The translations under genes were made by a program, and so were the position numbers. A stretch of DNA of 64,000 nt from contig DUVI01000002.1 in assembly GCA_012841065.1 (NCBI GenBank), positions 10,072 to 74,071 of the forward strand, written 5' to 3'. Positions 34,750-44,667 of the stretch are shown here, in pieces. Origin of the DNA: Bacillota bacterium. Lineage in GTDB: Bacteria > Bacillota > Sulfobacillia > Fermentithermobacillales > Fermentithermobacillaceae. The notes beneath the pieces are model-generated. The model made no database searches. It had not been told where the DNA came from and worked only from the letters and a program-made list of their open reading frames with translations. Position 1 is the first letter of the stretch. Every line of letters begins with the position of its first letter.

Positions 34750-36129
34750 ATGAAACCGGCCTACGGGCTCGAACTAATTCAAACACAGAAGCTCGTCCTA
34801 ACGCCTGAACTGCATCAAGCTATCATGATCCTGCAGATGAACGTTCAGGAACTGTCAGCGCTTATAGCTGAGGAGGTTGAAAACAACCCCCTCTTGGATT
34901 TGGTTCACGACACAACGGAAAGATTGCCGGAACATTCCTCAGAAGATGAAGAAGACTGGATAGCGTATTTCTGTGACTCTTCAGACCTTGGCCTTGGCGG
35001 GAGAGCAACGGGCAGATCTTCAGATGGGCGCCTTGATGCTTACTGCGCTCCGGGCTACGTTTGCGCCCAAGCCAACCTTTCAATCCGAAGTCACCTGTTA
35101 TCCCAATTGGGCGTGTTACCCCTTGGCCATAAGGAGCAGAGCATCGCTCATTTCATCATCGGAAGTATAGACGACAACGGGTATTTGCAGGCTACTGTGG
35201 GCGAGATTGCATCGGCAACGGCAAGCACTTCGGAGCAGGTTGAGGATGTGCTTAAGCTAATCCAGAAGTTTGATCCTCCCGGGGTTGCCGCCAGAGACCT
35301 CAGGGAATGCCTTGAACTACAAGCTCAAGCTAAAGGGCTCAGCCGGCTAGCATTGCAAATCATCAGACATCATCTGGATGACCTTGCCGACGGTAGGTAC
35401 ACCAGGATATGTCAAAGCACCAATGCTTCGCTCAAACAAGTGTTGAGGGCCAGGGACTCTATCGTCAAACTGCAGCCAAAGCCAGGCGCGGCATTTTCAG
35501 CAGGCCATGTTACTTTCATAGTGCCCGACATTACCGTGAGAAGGATCGACGATGAATTCGTAGTGATTCCAAACGACAGTGCTTTGCCATCTATCAGATG
35601 GAATCCTTATTACAGGAAACTGCTTACAGCCGGAGAGCAAGATGCCAGGAGCTACCTGGTTAAGCAGATGAAAAGAGCCCGTTTCCTGCTAAAGAGCATA
35701 GAGCAAAGAAGGTTAACCATATCCAGGGTCATGGAGACCATTGTGGGGCGGCAGCGGCGATTCTTCCTGGAAGGGCCTGGACATCTGGAACCTATGACCC
35801 TCAAAGACGTTGCACACGAACTTGATATCCACGATTCCACAGTATCCAGAGCTGTATCAGGTAAGTATGTGGATACGCCTTTCGGGGTGTTTCCCTGCAA
35901 GATGTTTTTTACCCCTGGGGTGGAGTCTTACGGACATGAGGTTTCACAATATAACATAAAGAAAATGATTGAACAAATGATCCGCAGCGAAGACTCCGGG
36001 AATCCGTTGACCGACAGCCAGATCGCCCATGGTCTCAGCAGGCGGGGAGTAGAGATCGCGAGGCGCACAGTTGCCAAGTATCGCTCCCAGCTGGGAATTC
36101 CTCCTTCGAACCGCAGGAAGAAACTGTGA
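34750..36129 (+). CDS. rpoN: RNA polymerase sigma-54 factor
   Basis: N-terminal LKQTQKL-type region I (LELIQTQKLVLTPELHQAI), an HTH, and the RpoN box ARRTVAKYR near the C-terminus. Confidence 0.93.
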   Translation: MKPAYGLELIQTQKLVLTPELHQAIMILQMNVQELSALIAEEVENNPLLDLVHDTTERLPEHSSEDEEDWIAYFCDSSDLGLGGRATGRSSDGRLDAYCAPGYVCAQANLSIRSHLLSQLGVLPLGHKEQSIAHFIIGSIDDNGYLQATVGEIASATASTSEQVEDVLKLIQKFDPPGVAARDLRECLELQAQAKGLSRLALQIIRHHLDDLADGRYTRICQSTNASLKQVLRARDSIVKLQPKPGAAFSAGHVTFIVPDITVRRIDDEFVVIPNDSALPSIRWNPYYRKLLTAGEQDARSYLVKQMKRARFLLKSIEQRRLTISRVMETIVGRQRRFFLEGPGHLEPMTLKDVAHELDIHDSTVSRAVSGKYVDTPFGVFPCKMFFTPGVESYGHEVSQYNIKKMIEQMIRSEDSGNPLTDSQIAHGLSRRGVEIARRTVAKYRSQLGIPPSNRRKKL

Positions 36130-36180
36130 TTGCAGTTCCGGATTGCTTGAGGATGCAAAACCTTCAACGGGGCTTGCTAT

Positions 36181-36209
36181 TTGACGTTTGCGGTGTTAGG
36201 CACTACAAT
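36181..36209 (+). promoter_or_regulatory. Sigma-A promoter of the rnf operon (TTGACG-17-TACAAT)
   Basis: Near-consensus hexamers with exact 17-nt spacing, about 95 nt upstream of rnfC. Confidence 0.55.
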
Positions 36210-36305
36210 TATCACTGTATAACGTGATCTGAAGTGTCTGTAAACTAGGGTGCCTGGTTGCATTTTAGTCGAGGTTGCATATGTTAATTCTTACTTGCAA
36301 TCGAG

Positions 36306-37661
36306 GTGGAGAAGGTGATTACTATCATAAAGAAGATGATCGGAGGCGTGCCGGTTCCTGACAAGAAGGAACTATCTGAGAAATCTCCGGTAGGGTTCGC
36401 AGGAATTCCTGATGAACTCGTTCTTTTTGTGTCTCAACATATAGGCGCCTCGCCGGTGCCCTTGGTGAAACCAAAGGACACGGTAAAACGGGGGCAGATC
36501 ATAGCTGAACCTCAGGGGTTCGTAAGTGCTGCCTTGCATGCCCCTACTTCCGGGGTAATTAAGGCTATTGAGCCGAGATTTCATCCTGTTCAGGCCCGCA
36601 TGTGCGAAGCTATCATACTTGAGCCTGACGGCAGGCACGAACCGGTTGAAGAGCTATCTCCTGTGGCATCTGATCTGGATAGCATTTCACCGGAGAAGAT
36701 CAGGGCCGTGGCCGAACAATCCGGAATTGTGGGGCTTGGGGGGGCATGTTTTCCCACATCCGTAAAACTTACCCCTCCTGAGGACAAGCATATAGATACC
36801 TACTTGCTCAACGGATCTGAATGTGAGCCCTATCTCACTGCAGATCACAGGGTAATGCTTGAACAAGCGGACAAAGTGATCTTTGGGTTAAAGGCGCTGA
36901 TGAAGGCCTCCGGAGTTGAACGCGGGATCGTGTGTATAGAGGATAATAAGCCTGATGCCATTGAAGCTATGAAGCAAGCTATGTCCCGTTACGACGGGTT
37001 GGAGCTTGCTGTGTTGAGCACCCGGTACCCCAGGGGTGGGGAAAAGCAGCTCACCCAGGCTGTCCTGGGCAGAGAAGTGCCTCCTCCTCCGGGCTTGCCT
37101 TATGATGTGGGGGTTCTGGTATCAAACGTAGGTACTGCCTATGCGTTGGCTGAGGCCATACTTACCGGCCTTCCCTTGGTCGAGAGGGTTGTGACGGTTA
37201 CGGGCGAAGGTGTGGCCAAACCATCTAATTTCAAAGCTCTCATCGGTACCCCGGTGTCGTACCTGATTGAGAAGGCGGGCGGCTTTTCGGGTACTCCGGG
37301 TAAGGTGATTATGGGCGGCCCCATGATGGGATGTGCCATCAAGAGCTTGGATGTTCCGATAGTGAAGGGTACTGGCGGGATACTGGTGCTCACTAAGGAG
37401 CAGGCAGCCCAAGAGCCCATCCTTCCGTGCATTAAGTGCGGCAAATGTATCGATGCGTGCCCCTTGGGACTGCAACCCTTGTGGATCTCGGCTTATGCTG
37501 AGCGTGGTTTCATGGAAGAAGCTGAAAGCTTCAGGGCAATGGATTGTATGGAATGCGGGTGTTGTGCTTATATCTGCCCTGCAAAGAGGCCGTTGGTGCA
37601 ATGGATAAGGATGGCCAAGTCAGAAATAACATCGAGACGGAAGGCTCGCAGGCAGAGCTAG
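36306..37661 (+). CDS. rnfC: Rnf complex subunit C
   Basis: N-terminal barrel-sandwich domain (VKRGQIIAEPQGFVSAALHAPTSGVI), SLBB/NADH-binding region GLGGACFPT, and two ferredoxin motifs CIKCGKCIDACP and CMECGCCAYICP. The start is uncertain (36306, 36315 or 36336). Confidence 0.93.
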   Translation: MEKVITIIKKMIGGVPVPDKKELSEKSPVGFAGIPDELVLFVSQHIGASPVPLVKPKDTVKRGQIIAEPQGFVSAALHAPTSGVIKAIEPRFHPVQARMCEAIILEPDGRHEPVEELSPVASDLDSISPEKIRAVAEQSGIVGLGGACFPTSVKLTPPEDKHIDTYLLNGSECEPYLTADHRVMLEQADKVIFGLKALMKASGVERGIVCIEDNKPDAIEAMKQAMSRYDGLELAVLSTRYPRGGEKQLTQAVLGREVPPPPGLPYDVGVLVSNVGTAYALAEAILTGLPLVERVVTVTGEGVAKPSNFKALIGTPVSYLIEKAGGFSGTPGKVIMGGPMMGCAIKSLDVPIVKGTGGILVLTKEQAAQEPILPCIKCGKCIDACPLGLQPLWISAYAERGFMEEAESFRAMDCMECGCCAYICPAKRPLVQWIRMAKSEITSRRKARRQS

Positions 37662-37689
37662 GCCTGTCCGGAGATACGGAGGTATTAGC

Positions 37690-38664
37690 ATGGGAGATAG
37701 ATTACTGGTAACACCGTCACCTCATGTGAAGAGCACCAAGACTGTGCAGGGAATTATGCTTGACGTGGTAATAGCGCTTTGCCCCGCCGCAATAGCCGGA
37801 ACTGTGTTGTTCGGTTTCAGGTCGGCCTTAATTATCCTTGTTTCAGTGGCTTCGGCGGTGGCTTCAGAAGCTCTTTATCAAAAAGCAGTAAAACGACAAG
37901 TGAGCATCAATGACTTCTCAGCGGTGATCACAGGGTTGCTCTTGGCATTGACGCTGCCGCCGCATGTACCTCTGTGGATCCCGGCAATCGGGGCTGCGTT
38001 TGCGATTGTACTTGTAAAACAGGTTTTCGGCGGTTTGGGGAATAATTTCCTAAACCCGGCGCTTGCCGCCAGGGCGTTTCTGCTCGCCGCATGGCCTTTG
38101 CATATGACACAGGATTGGGTTAACCCCATGACTTATGATGCAGCTACTTCGGCGACGCCCCTGGCCGGGTTCAACGCCACCGGGCAGACTGCTTTCACGC
38201 TCAAACAAATGCTCCTTGGCCAGAGGCCGGGCTCGATTGGGGAAACTTGCATACTGGCATTGCTGCTGGGCGGCCTGTACCTGATTGTCAGGGATATAAT
38301 AGATTACAGGATTCCTTTGGGTTACCTGGGTACCCTGGCTATAGGCACATGGATTTTCGGAAAGCCCGGGGCGTTTTTCCAGGGGGACCCGCTGGGTGCC
38401 ATATTCCTGGGCGGCGCCTTTATCGGTGCGTTTTTCATGGCTACTGATTACGTGACCTCGCCTGTCACCCCACGGGGTAGGTTGTACATGGGGATAGGCT
38501 GCGGGCTAATCACTTTAGTGATTAGGCTTTGGGGCGGCTACCCTGAAGGGGTTACCTACGCGATCTTGTTCATGAATCTTGTTACGCCGCTGATTGATAA
38601 GTATGTGGTGCCGAGATATTACGGTTCTGGTCACGACAAAATGGCCCGTAAAGGCGGGAGGTGA
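37690..38664 (+). CDS. rnfD: Rnf complex subunit D
   Basis: A polytopic membrane protein with SPH at the N-terminus and a flavinylation-type motif DAATSATPLAG, in rnf context. Confidence 0.92.
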   Translation: MGDRLLVTPSPHVKSTKTVQGIMLDVVIALCPAAIAGTVLFGFRSALIILVSVASAVASEALYQKAVKRQVSINDFSAVITGLLLALTLPPHVPLWIPAIGAAFAIVLVKQVFGGLGNNFLNPALAARAFLLAAWPLHMTQDWVNPMTYDAATSATPLAGFNATGQTAFTLKQMLLGQRPGSIGETCILALLLGGLYLIVRDIIDYRIPLGYLGTLAIGTWIFGKPGAFFQGDPLGAIFLGGAFIGAFFMATDYVTSPVTPRGRLYMGIGCGLITLVIRLWGGYPEGVTYAILFMNLVTPLIDKYVVPRYYGSGHDKMARKGGR

Positions 38665-38670
38665 AACCAG

Positions 38671-39303
38671 ATGAAGGAGAACAGAGCATCTCTCGGTTAC
38701 GACTTTATTAAAGGATTCATAAAGGAGAATCCGACGTTCGCCCTGGCGGTAGGTATGTGTCCTACACTGGCGGTTACAACGTGTTTGGTTAACGGGTTTT
38801 GGATGGGTGTTGCAGTGATTTTTGTGCTTACCTTTTCCAATGTGCTTATATCGCTGCTGAGGAAGCTAATCCCTGACGAAATCCGTATCCCTGTATTTAT
38901 CATCATGATTGCAACTCCGGTTGTGATAGTTGAATTGGTGATGAAAGCATATTTGCCTGAGATGTACAGCATTTTGGGGATTTTTGTGCCGCTTATCGTG
39001 GTTAACTGTATAGTCTTCCACCGTGCTGAAGCTTTTGCGTATAGGAACCCGGTGCTCAACTCAGCAATGGATGCCCTGGGTTCCGGCATGGCTTTTACCC
39101 TTAACCTGATGCTGATAGGTGGTATACGGGAATTCTTGGGCACGGGCCAAATCGCCATTGGAAATGTTGTATTTCCTAAAGCACCTCTGTTTGAACCTGC
39201 GGCGGTTATGCTGACGCCTCCAGGCGGGTTCATAACATTGGGTGTCCTTATGGCTTTGCTCAATATTGTTATAGCCAGGGTGGGCAAGCGGAAACAAGCT
39301 TAG
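38671..39303 (+). CDS. rnfE: Rnf complex subunit E
   Basis: NPTFALAVGMCPTLAVTT...GIFVPLIVVNCIVF are RnfE/NqrD signatures. It follows rnfD after a 6-nt gap with no rnfG between them. Confidence 0.9.
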   Translation: MKENRASLGYDFIKGFIKENPTFALAVGMCPTLAVTTCLVNGFWMGVAVIFVLTFSNVLISLLRKLIPDEIRIPVFIIMIATPVVIVELVMKAYLPEMYSILGIFVPLIVVNCIVFHRAEAFAYRNPVLNSAMDALGSGMAFTLNLMLIGGIREFLGTGQIAIGNVVFPKAPLFEPAAVMLTPPGGFITLGVLMALLNIVIARVGKRKQA

Positions 39304-39345
39304 TCTGATGTGGGTTGAGGCGACAGCCGGAAGGAGTGAATTTGC

Positions 39346-39933
39346 ATGGAAGTGCTGGGAATAATCTTGGCAGGCGTGCTAGTGAATAATTTCGTTTTCA
39401 TGCAGTACCTAGGGATCTGCCCGTTTTTGGGAGTTTCTAAAGACTTTGATATGGCCACAGGTATGTCAGGTGCGGTGATCTTCGTGATAACCGTGGCATC
39501 GACGGTGACGGCAGCTCTTGAACAATATGTTCTGAAGCCGTTGGAGCTGGAATACCTGAGGACTATTGTATATATCCTGGTTATCGCATCATTTGTGCAG
39601 TTGGTTGAGATATTTATGAAGAAGACTTTGCCCGGCTTGTATCAGGCCCTGGGGATATACCTTCCCCTCATTACCACCAACTGCGCCGTCTTGGGGGCGG
39701 CTATGTTGAACGTGACCAAGTCATACGGGGTCGTGTTGAGCACTGTCAGCGGGTTTGCAGGAGCTCTTGGTTGGAGTCTTGCGATTATTATCTTCGCAGG
39801 GATACGCGAAAGATGGAAGTTAATGGACATTCCAGCCACTCTGGACGGTTTCCCGCTTGCCCTGATATCAACTGGCCTCATGTCTCTTGCATTTCTTGGC
39901 TTTTCGGGGCTCTTCAGCAACTTGGTTAAGTAG
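39346..39933 (+). CDS. rnfA: Rnf complex subunit A
   Basis: VNNFVFMQYLGICPFLGVS...GIYLPLITTNCAVLG are RnfA/NqrE signatures. Confidence 0.92.
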   Translation: MEVLGIILAGVLVNNFVFMQYLGICPFLGVSKDFDMATGMSGAVIFVITVASTVTAALEQYVLKPLELEYLRTIVYILVIASFVQLVEIFMKKTLPGLYQALGIYLPLITTNCAVLGAAMLNVTKSYGVVLSTVSGFAGALGWSLAIIIFAGIRERWKLMDIPATLDGFPLALISTGLMSLAFLGFSGLFSNLVK

Positions 39934-39946
39934 GGAGGGAGCATAG

Positions 39947-40771
39947 ATGCTATCTGCGGTCTTGACATTAGGGGCGGCCGGGCTTGTGTTTGGCGGTTTC
40001 CTGGCTCTGGCTGCTCAGAGGTTCAAGGTCGAAGAGGATTCCAGGGTGGCTGAGATCCTTGCAGTTTTGCCCGGGGCCAATTGCGGGGCATGCGGCTTTC
40101 CCGGGTGTGCAGGCCTGGCTGAGGCAGTAGCCAAAGGGGAAGCTCCTTGTAAAGCTTGCGTACCAGGCGGGGATGCGGTTGCAGAGAAGCTGGCTTCCAT
40201 CATGGGCATGGCGCGCGAAGCCGTCAGACCGATGAAAGCTGTGGTATATTGCCAAGGCGATGATGACCGCGCCGAGATTGTGGCAGAGTACCACGGGGTA
40301 ATGGATTGCCGGGCGCTGCACCAGCTGGGCGGTTCCAAAGGATGCCCGTACGGATGCCTTGGACTTGGCAACTGTGTGAGGGCGTGTGCGTTTGGTGCAA
40401 TATACATGGCCCCCGGCGGGTTGCCTGTAGTGAACGAAGAGAAGTGCACAGGATGCGGCGCATGTGTCAGGGCATGCCCCAGGGGTGTTATTGACCTGGT
40501 ACCCGCCGACAAGCAGGTTCACATACTTTGCAGGTCCTACGATAAAGGGCCTCAGGTGCGGCAGTATTGCAAGGTAGGCTGCATTGCATGCCGTATTTGT
40601 GTGAGATCTTGCCCCCAGAACGCAATATCCATGGACAGGGATACCTTGGCTGTAATCGACTATTCCCTGTGTGACAATTGTGGGATTTGCGCCACCAAGT
40701 GTCCGGTTAAGACCATTGTTGACAACAACAATAAATCAGAGGTTCCAGAGGCAGGCAAGCAAGTTTCGTAG
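39947..40771 (+). CDS. rnfB: Rnf complex subunit B (polyferredoxin)
   Basis: N-terminal TM helix, NCGACGFPGCAGLAEAV, and several CxxCxxCxxxCP clusters. Confidence 0.92.
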   Translation: MLSAVLTLGAAGLVFGGFLALAAQRFKVEEDSRVAEILAVLPGANCGACGFPGCAGLAEAVAKGEAPCKACVPGGDAVAEKLASIMGMAREAVRPMKAVVYCQGDDDRAEIVAEYHGVMDCRALHQLGGSKGCPYGCLGLGNCVRACAFGAIYMAPGGLPVVNEEKCTGCGACVRACPRGVIDLVPADKQVHILCRSYDKGPQVRQYCKVGCIACRICVRSCPQNAISMDRDTLAVIDYSLCDNCGICATKCPVKTIVDNNNKSEVPEAGKQVS

Positions 40772-40840
40772 CGGGTCTTTTTGTCCTGGGCTCTGTTAAC
40801 CCGTCCGCTTCAGGCGGATTTGGTGCCTAGGAGGTAAGAC

Positions 40841-41884
40841 GTGACTAAGCAAGGTGACAGTCAAAGAACCAGTGCTGCCTGGAATAAGCGGATTCAGATC
40901 GGGCTTATTCCGGCAGTGCTGGTTTTGATTATGAGCGGTTGTTTGCTTTTTGGCGGTAGGGGCCAACCGGTTGAGAAGCAGGTTTTCGACATAATGGACA
41001 CTGACGTGAGCGTCAAAGCGTTCGGCCCTGATGCGGAAGAAGCTATAACACAGGCCATAGATGAAATCATACGTCTTGATTTGCTGCTCAGCGCTCACAA
41101 TCCTGATTCTGAAGTGTCGGCAATAAACCGGATGGCCGGCGAAGCTCCTGTTAAGGTTTCAGATGATACCCTGGCGGTGATTGAAAGAGCTCTCTACTTC
41201 GCTGAGGTTTCAGGCGGAGTGTTTGACCCCACTATCTTACCTGTGTCAAGACTGTGGTCGGTTGCCCGGGAGCAGGCTCAAGTACCTTCCCAGGAAGATG
41301 TGGCAGCGGCCCTTGATCTGGTGGATTACAGGCGCGTGCAGATTGACCGGGATAAGGGCACGGTGTTTCTTCCGGTGAAAGGGATGGGCCTGGACCTGGG
41401 TGCCATAGCTAAGGGATACGCAGTTGACAAGATGGCCGGGGTTCTCCGAGCTTCACAAGTTGAGTGTTTCCTCGTTAATGCCGGCGGGAACGTGTATGCG
41501 GGGGGCAGAAAACCCGACGATTCACTGTGGCGGGTAGGTGTCACAGATCCGAGAGACCCAGGGGACATTATCGGCGTAATGCCTGCAGAGGACATGGCCG
41601 TTGTGAGCTCAGGCGATTACCGGAGGTATTTCGTAGTCGACAACATTGTGTATCACCATATCATAGATCCCAGGACAGGGTACCCTGCTGACACTTGCCG
41701 CGGAACTACCGTGTTTGCGCCGTCGTCTACAGATGCAGACGCTCTATCTACAATAATGTTTATACTTGGGCCTGACGACAGCCAGGCCATCCTTGCAGAA
41801 TTTGACGATATTGGCGTTATTTTCGTCAGGCGGGACGGAAGTATTGTCAGCAAAGGGCTTGTGGAAGGCTTTGAGTTCAAATAG
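40841..41884 (+). CDS. apbE: FAD:protein FMN transferase (ApbE family), lipoprotein
   Basis: Lipobox-like LIMSGC, then DIMDTDVSV...DPTILPVSRLW...GLDLGAIAKGYAVD...SGDYRRYF...HHIIDPRTGYP. AGGAGGT SD upstream. Confidence 0.9.
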   Translation: MTKQGDSQRTSAAWNKRIQIGLIPAVLVLIMSGCLLFGGRGQPVEKQVFDIMDTDVSVKAFGPDAEEAITQAIDEIIRLDLLLSAHNPDSEVSAINRMAGEAPVKVSDDTLAVIERALYFAEVSGGVFDPTILPVSRLWSVAREQAQVPSQEDVAAALDLVDYRRVQIDRDKGTVFLPVKGMGLDLGAIAKGYAVDKMAGVLRASQVECFLVNAGGNVYAGGRKPDDSLWRVGVTDPRDPGDIIGVMPAEDMAVVSSGDYRRYFVVDNIVYHHIIDPRTGYPADTCRGTTVFAPSSTDADALSTIMFILGPDDSQAILAEFDDIGVIFVRRDGSIVSKGLVEGFEFK

Positions 41885-41944
41885 TATTGCAGGTAAGATA
41901 GAGTTTGTGGAGTTTAAGCGGGGATAAGTGGGGAGGAATATGCC

Positions 41945-42190
41945 ATGAGGAGACAGTCCCGCACCTGGGTTCTGTTCATAGCTTTGCTTGCCGGAGCAAT
42001 CGTAGGTAGCGTTATAGGCGAGGTTCTTTCAGACGTAGCACCGATACTCTCCAGGGGGTTTTCCGTTGGGTTGCAACCTCCTTTCCATCTGGATCTCAAT
42101 GTCATCTCATTGACTTTCGGGTTCAACATCCGCCTCAATTTGGCAGGTGCAATACTCGTTCTGTTGCTGGTGTTGTTGCTTGGAAGGTGA
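41945..42190 (+). CDS. Small membrane protein (DUF4321-like, recalled from memory)
   Basis: 81 aa with two hydrophobic segments and a good SD. It occupies the position upstream of maf-radC-mreB typical of Clostridia. Confidence 0.6.
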   Translation: MRRQSRTWVLFIALLAGAIVGSVIGEVLSDVAPILSRGFSVGLQPPFHLDLNVISLTFGFNIRLNLAGAILVLLLVLLLGR

Positions 42191-42195
42191 ACTGA

Positions 42196-42786
42196 TTGCG
42201 GTTAGTACTTGCATCCAGGTCTCCTCGGAGGAAGGCCCTGCTAGAGACTATAGGAATACAACCCCTTGTGGTGCCTTCCAAGTTTGACGAATCGTGTTTC
42301 GACCCAAAGGCGATGAGCTCCGAAGATCTGGCCATGGCGCTGGCCAGGGGGAAAGCAGCTGCAGTAGCCCGTGAATATCCGGAAGATGTGGTCGTGGGCG
42401 CTGACACCATCGTGGTCCTCGGTGACAGCGTGCTTGGCAAGCCTGAAAGCCCCAAGGAAGCGGCCAAGATGCTGGAGCGACTCTCAGGAAGAACCCACCA
42501 GGTGTACACAGGCATTGCCCTCTATGAACCTGGATCGAGAAAGATGTTTTCAGATGTGGACTGTACTCTTGTAACCATGCGACAGATGGAGCCGTCTGAG
42601 ATCGAATGGTATGTGGGTACGGGAGAACCTATGGGCAAGGCCGGAGGCTATGGGATCCAGGGGAAGGCCGCTTTGTTTGTCACTGCAATAAATGGTGATT
42701 ATACTGGTGTAATAGGGCTTCCATTATCGAGATTTTATGAGATACTTAAGAAAGCCGGACTTCTGATCACAAGCTTTTTCGTTTAG
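42196..42786 (+). CDS. maf: Maf-like nucleoside-triphosphate pyrophosphatase
   Basis: LVLASRSPRRKALLETIGI...VVGADTIVVL...GKAGGYGIQG. TTG start with GGAAGGTGA upstream. Confidence 0.92.
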   Translation: MRLVLASRSPRRKALLETIGIQPLVVPSKFDESCFDPKAMSSEDLAMALARGKAAAVAREYPEDVVVGADTIVVLGDSVLGKPESPKEAAKMLERLSGRTHQVYTGIALYEPGSRKMFSDVDCTLVTMRQMEPSEIEWYVGTGEPMGKAGGYGIQGKAALFVTAINGDYTGVIGLPLSRFYEILKKAGLLITSFFV

Positions 42787-42866
42787 TGTATATTGAGAGA
42801 TACATAAGTGGTGTTCATGTTTGGGGTTGGCTGCGAAGGGGAATATAAAAGGAGGTAGCCATAACC

Positions 42867-43583
42867 CTGAACCGGTTAACGATCAAAGATTGGCCTGAGC
42901 ATGAGAAGCCCAGGGAAAGACTGTTCCGGGTGGGTCCTCAAGCTCTTTCAGATGCCGAACTTGTAGCGATTTTGCTGGGCACTGGCAACAAATCTGAGAC
43001 AGCACTTGACGTGGCAAAAAAGCTGATTCACTGGGGTGAGGCCAACTACGGTCCTGGACTTGGTTTCCTGCAAGAGGCTTCCAAACAAGAGCTCATGGCC
43101 GTCTCAGGGATAGGGATTGCGAAAGCGGCCAAACTCAAGGCGTGCGCAGAGATTCACAGGCGGTTGCAACAGCCCGGACCATATATGACGCCCCGGATTG
43201 AAATAACTTGCGGGCGCGACGTGTATGAACTGTTAAAGGCTGATATGGAGCAACTGGACAGGGAACAGGTCCGGGTGTTGATGCTCAACGTAAGAAATCA
43301 CCTCATACATCGCGAAGTGATATCTGTCGGGAGTTTGGACACGTCAATTGTACATCCGAGAGAAATATTCAAGAATTGCATAAAACGGAGCGCGGCTGCC
43401 GTTATTCTTGCCCATAACCATCCCAGCGGGGATGCGGCACCAAGCGACGACGATATCAGGATGACAAAAAGAATAATAGAAGCGGGAAAAATCGTGGGAA
43501 TTACCGTGTTGGACCATGTGATAATAGGGCGTGGGCAGTATGTCAGCCTGAGGGAGTCTTTTGCAGGATGGTTTACTTGGTAA
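42867..43583 (+). CDS. radC: RadC-family JAMM protein, apparent non-canonical start
   Basis: HNHPSGDAAPSDDDIRMTKRI (JAMM) and an HhH region. The conserved N-terminus IKDWPEHEKPRERL is encoded upstream of the first canonical start (GTG 42930). The candidates after AAAGGAGGT are ATA 42861 and CTG 42867. Confidence 0.8.
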   Translation: MNRLTIKDWPEHEKPRERLFRVGPQALSDAELVAILLGTGNKSETALDVAKKLIHWGEANYGPGLGFLQEASKQELMAVSGIGIAKAAKLKACAEIHRRLQQPGPYMTPRIEITCGRDVYELLKADMEQLDREQVRVLMLNVRNHLIHREVISVGSLDTSIVHPREIFKNCIKRSAAAVILAHNHPSGDAAPSDDDIRMTKRIIEAGKIVGITVLDHVIIGRGQYVSLRESFAGWFTW

Positions 43584-43621
43584 GTCTCGACGGTTTGTAA
43601 CTAAGAGGGGAGTGGCAGAAG

Positions 43622-44647
43622 GTGCAATGGCTTTTCAAGTATATTACCAGGGACATTGGCATAGATCTGGGTACCGCTAACACTCTGGTACACCTCAGGG
43701 GAAAAGGAATAGTGTTAGTCGAGCCCTCAGTGGTTGCCATCCATGCAGACACCAAGGAATTGCTCGCTGTGGGAACTGAAGCGAAGCAAATGATTGGCCG
43801 GACTCCTGGTAATATAATCGCTATCAGGCCCATGAAAGACGGAGTTATTGCTGATTTTGACGTAACCCAAACCATGATGCACCATTTCATCAGGAAAGCT
43901 TACAGGCGCGGGCTCCTGAAGCCCAGGGTTATTGTGGCCGTTCCGTCCGGCTGCACTGAGGTTGAAAGAAGGGCCGTGTTAGACGCTGTACTCAGGGCGG
44001 GTGCCAGGGAAGCTTATACCATTGAAGAACCTATGGCAGCAGCTATTGGTGCAGGACTTCCCGTGGATGAGCCCACAGGCAACATGATAGTAGACATCGG
44101 CGGCGGCACAAGTGAAGTAGCAGTGATCTCCCTTGAAGGCATAGTAGCTTCCCGGTCCATCAGGGTAGGCGGAGACGAAATGGATGAAGCTGTTGTCAAC
44201 TACGTAAAGCGTGCTTACAACCTGCTCATAGGTGAAAGGACCGCCGAGGAAGTGAAGACCACCATAGGATCAGCCTTCGAACTTGACCAAGAGGAGACGA
44301 TGGAAATCAGAGGGCGTGACCTGGTCACAGGTTTGCCCAGAACCATAAGCGTCGACTCGCGGGAAATACGGAAGGCCCTTTCTGAGCCTGTAAACGCTAT
44401 TCTGGAAGCTGTCAAAGAAACCCTTGAGAACACTCCCCCAGAATTGGCTGCCGATATTATGGATAGGGGAATTGTCATGACAGGCGGCGGCTCTATGTTG
44501 AAAGGGCTCGACAAGTTGATTAGCCAGGAAACCGGTATGCCTGTCCATACAGTGGACGAGCCGATGTATGCAGTTGTCAGAGGCGCTGGAAAGGCTTTGG
44601 AAGAGATCGAGACTCTTAGAAAAGTGCTTGCTTCTTCTAAGCGTTGA
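43622..44647 (+). CDS. mreB: Rod shape-determining actin homologue MreB
   Basis: [13 protein letters not shown]...[16 protein letters not shown]...[14 protein letters not shown]. Confidence 0.95.
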   Translation: MQWLFKYITRDIGIDLGTANTLVHLRGKGIVLVEPSVVAIHADTKELLAVGTEAKQMIGRTPGNIIAIRPMKDGVIADFDVTQTMMHHFIRKAYRRGLLKPRVIVAVPSGCTEVERRAVLDAVLRAGAREAYTIEEPMAAAIGAGLPVDEPTGNMIVDIGGGTSEVAVISLEGIVASRSIRVGGDEMDEAVVNYVKRAYNLLIGERTAEEVKTTIGSAFELDQEETMEIRGRDLVTGLPRTISVDSREIRKALSEPVNAILEAVKETLENTPPELAADIMDRGIVMTGGGSMLKGLDKLISQETGMPVHTVDEPMYAVVRGAGKALEEIETLRKVLASSKR

Positions 44648-44667
44648 AAAAGGAAGGATGACTCTCT

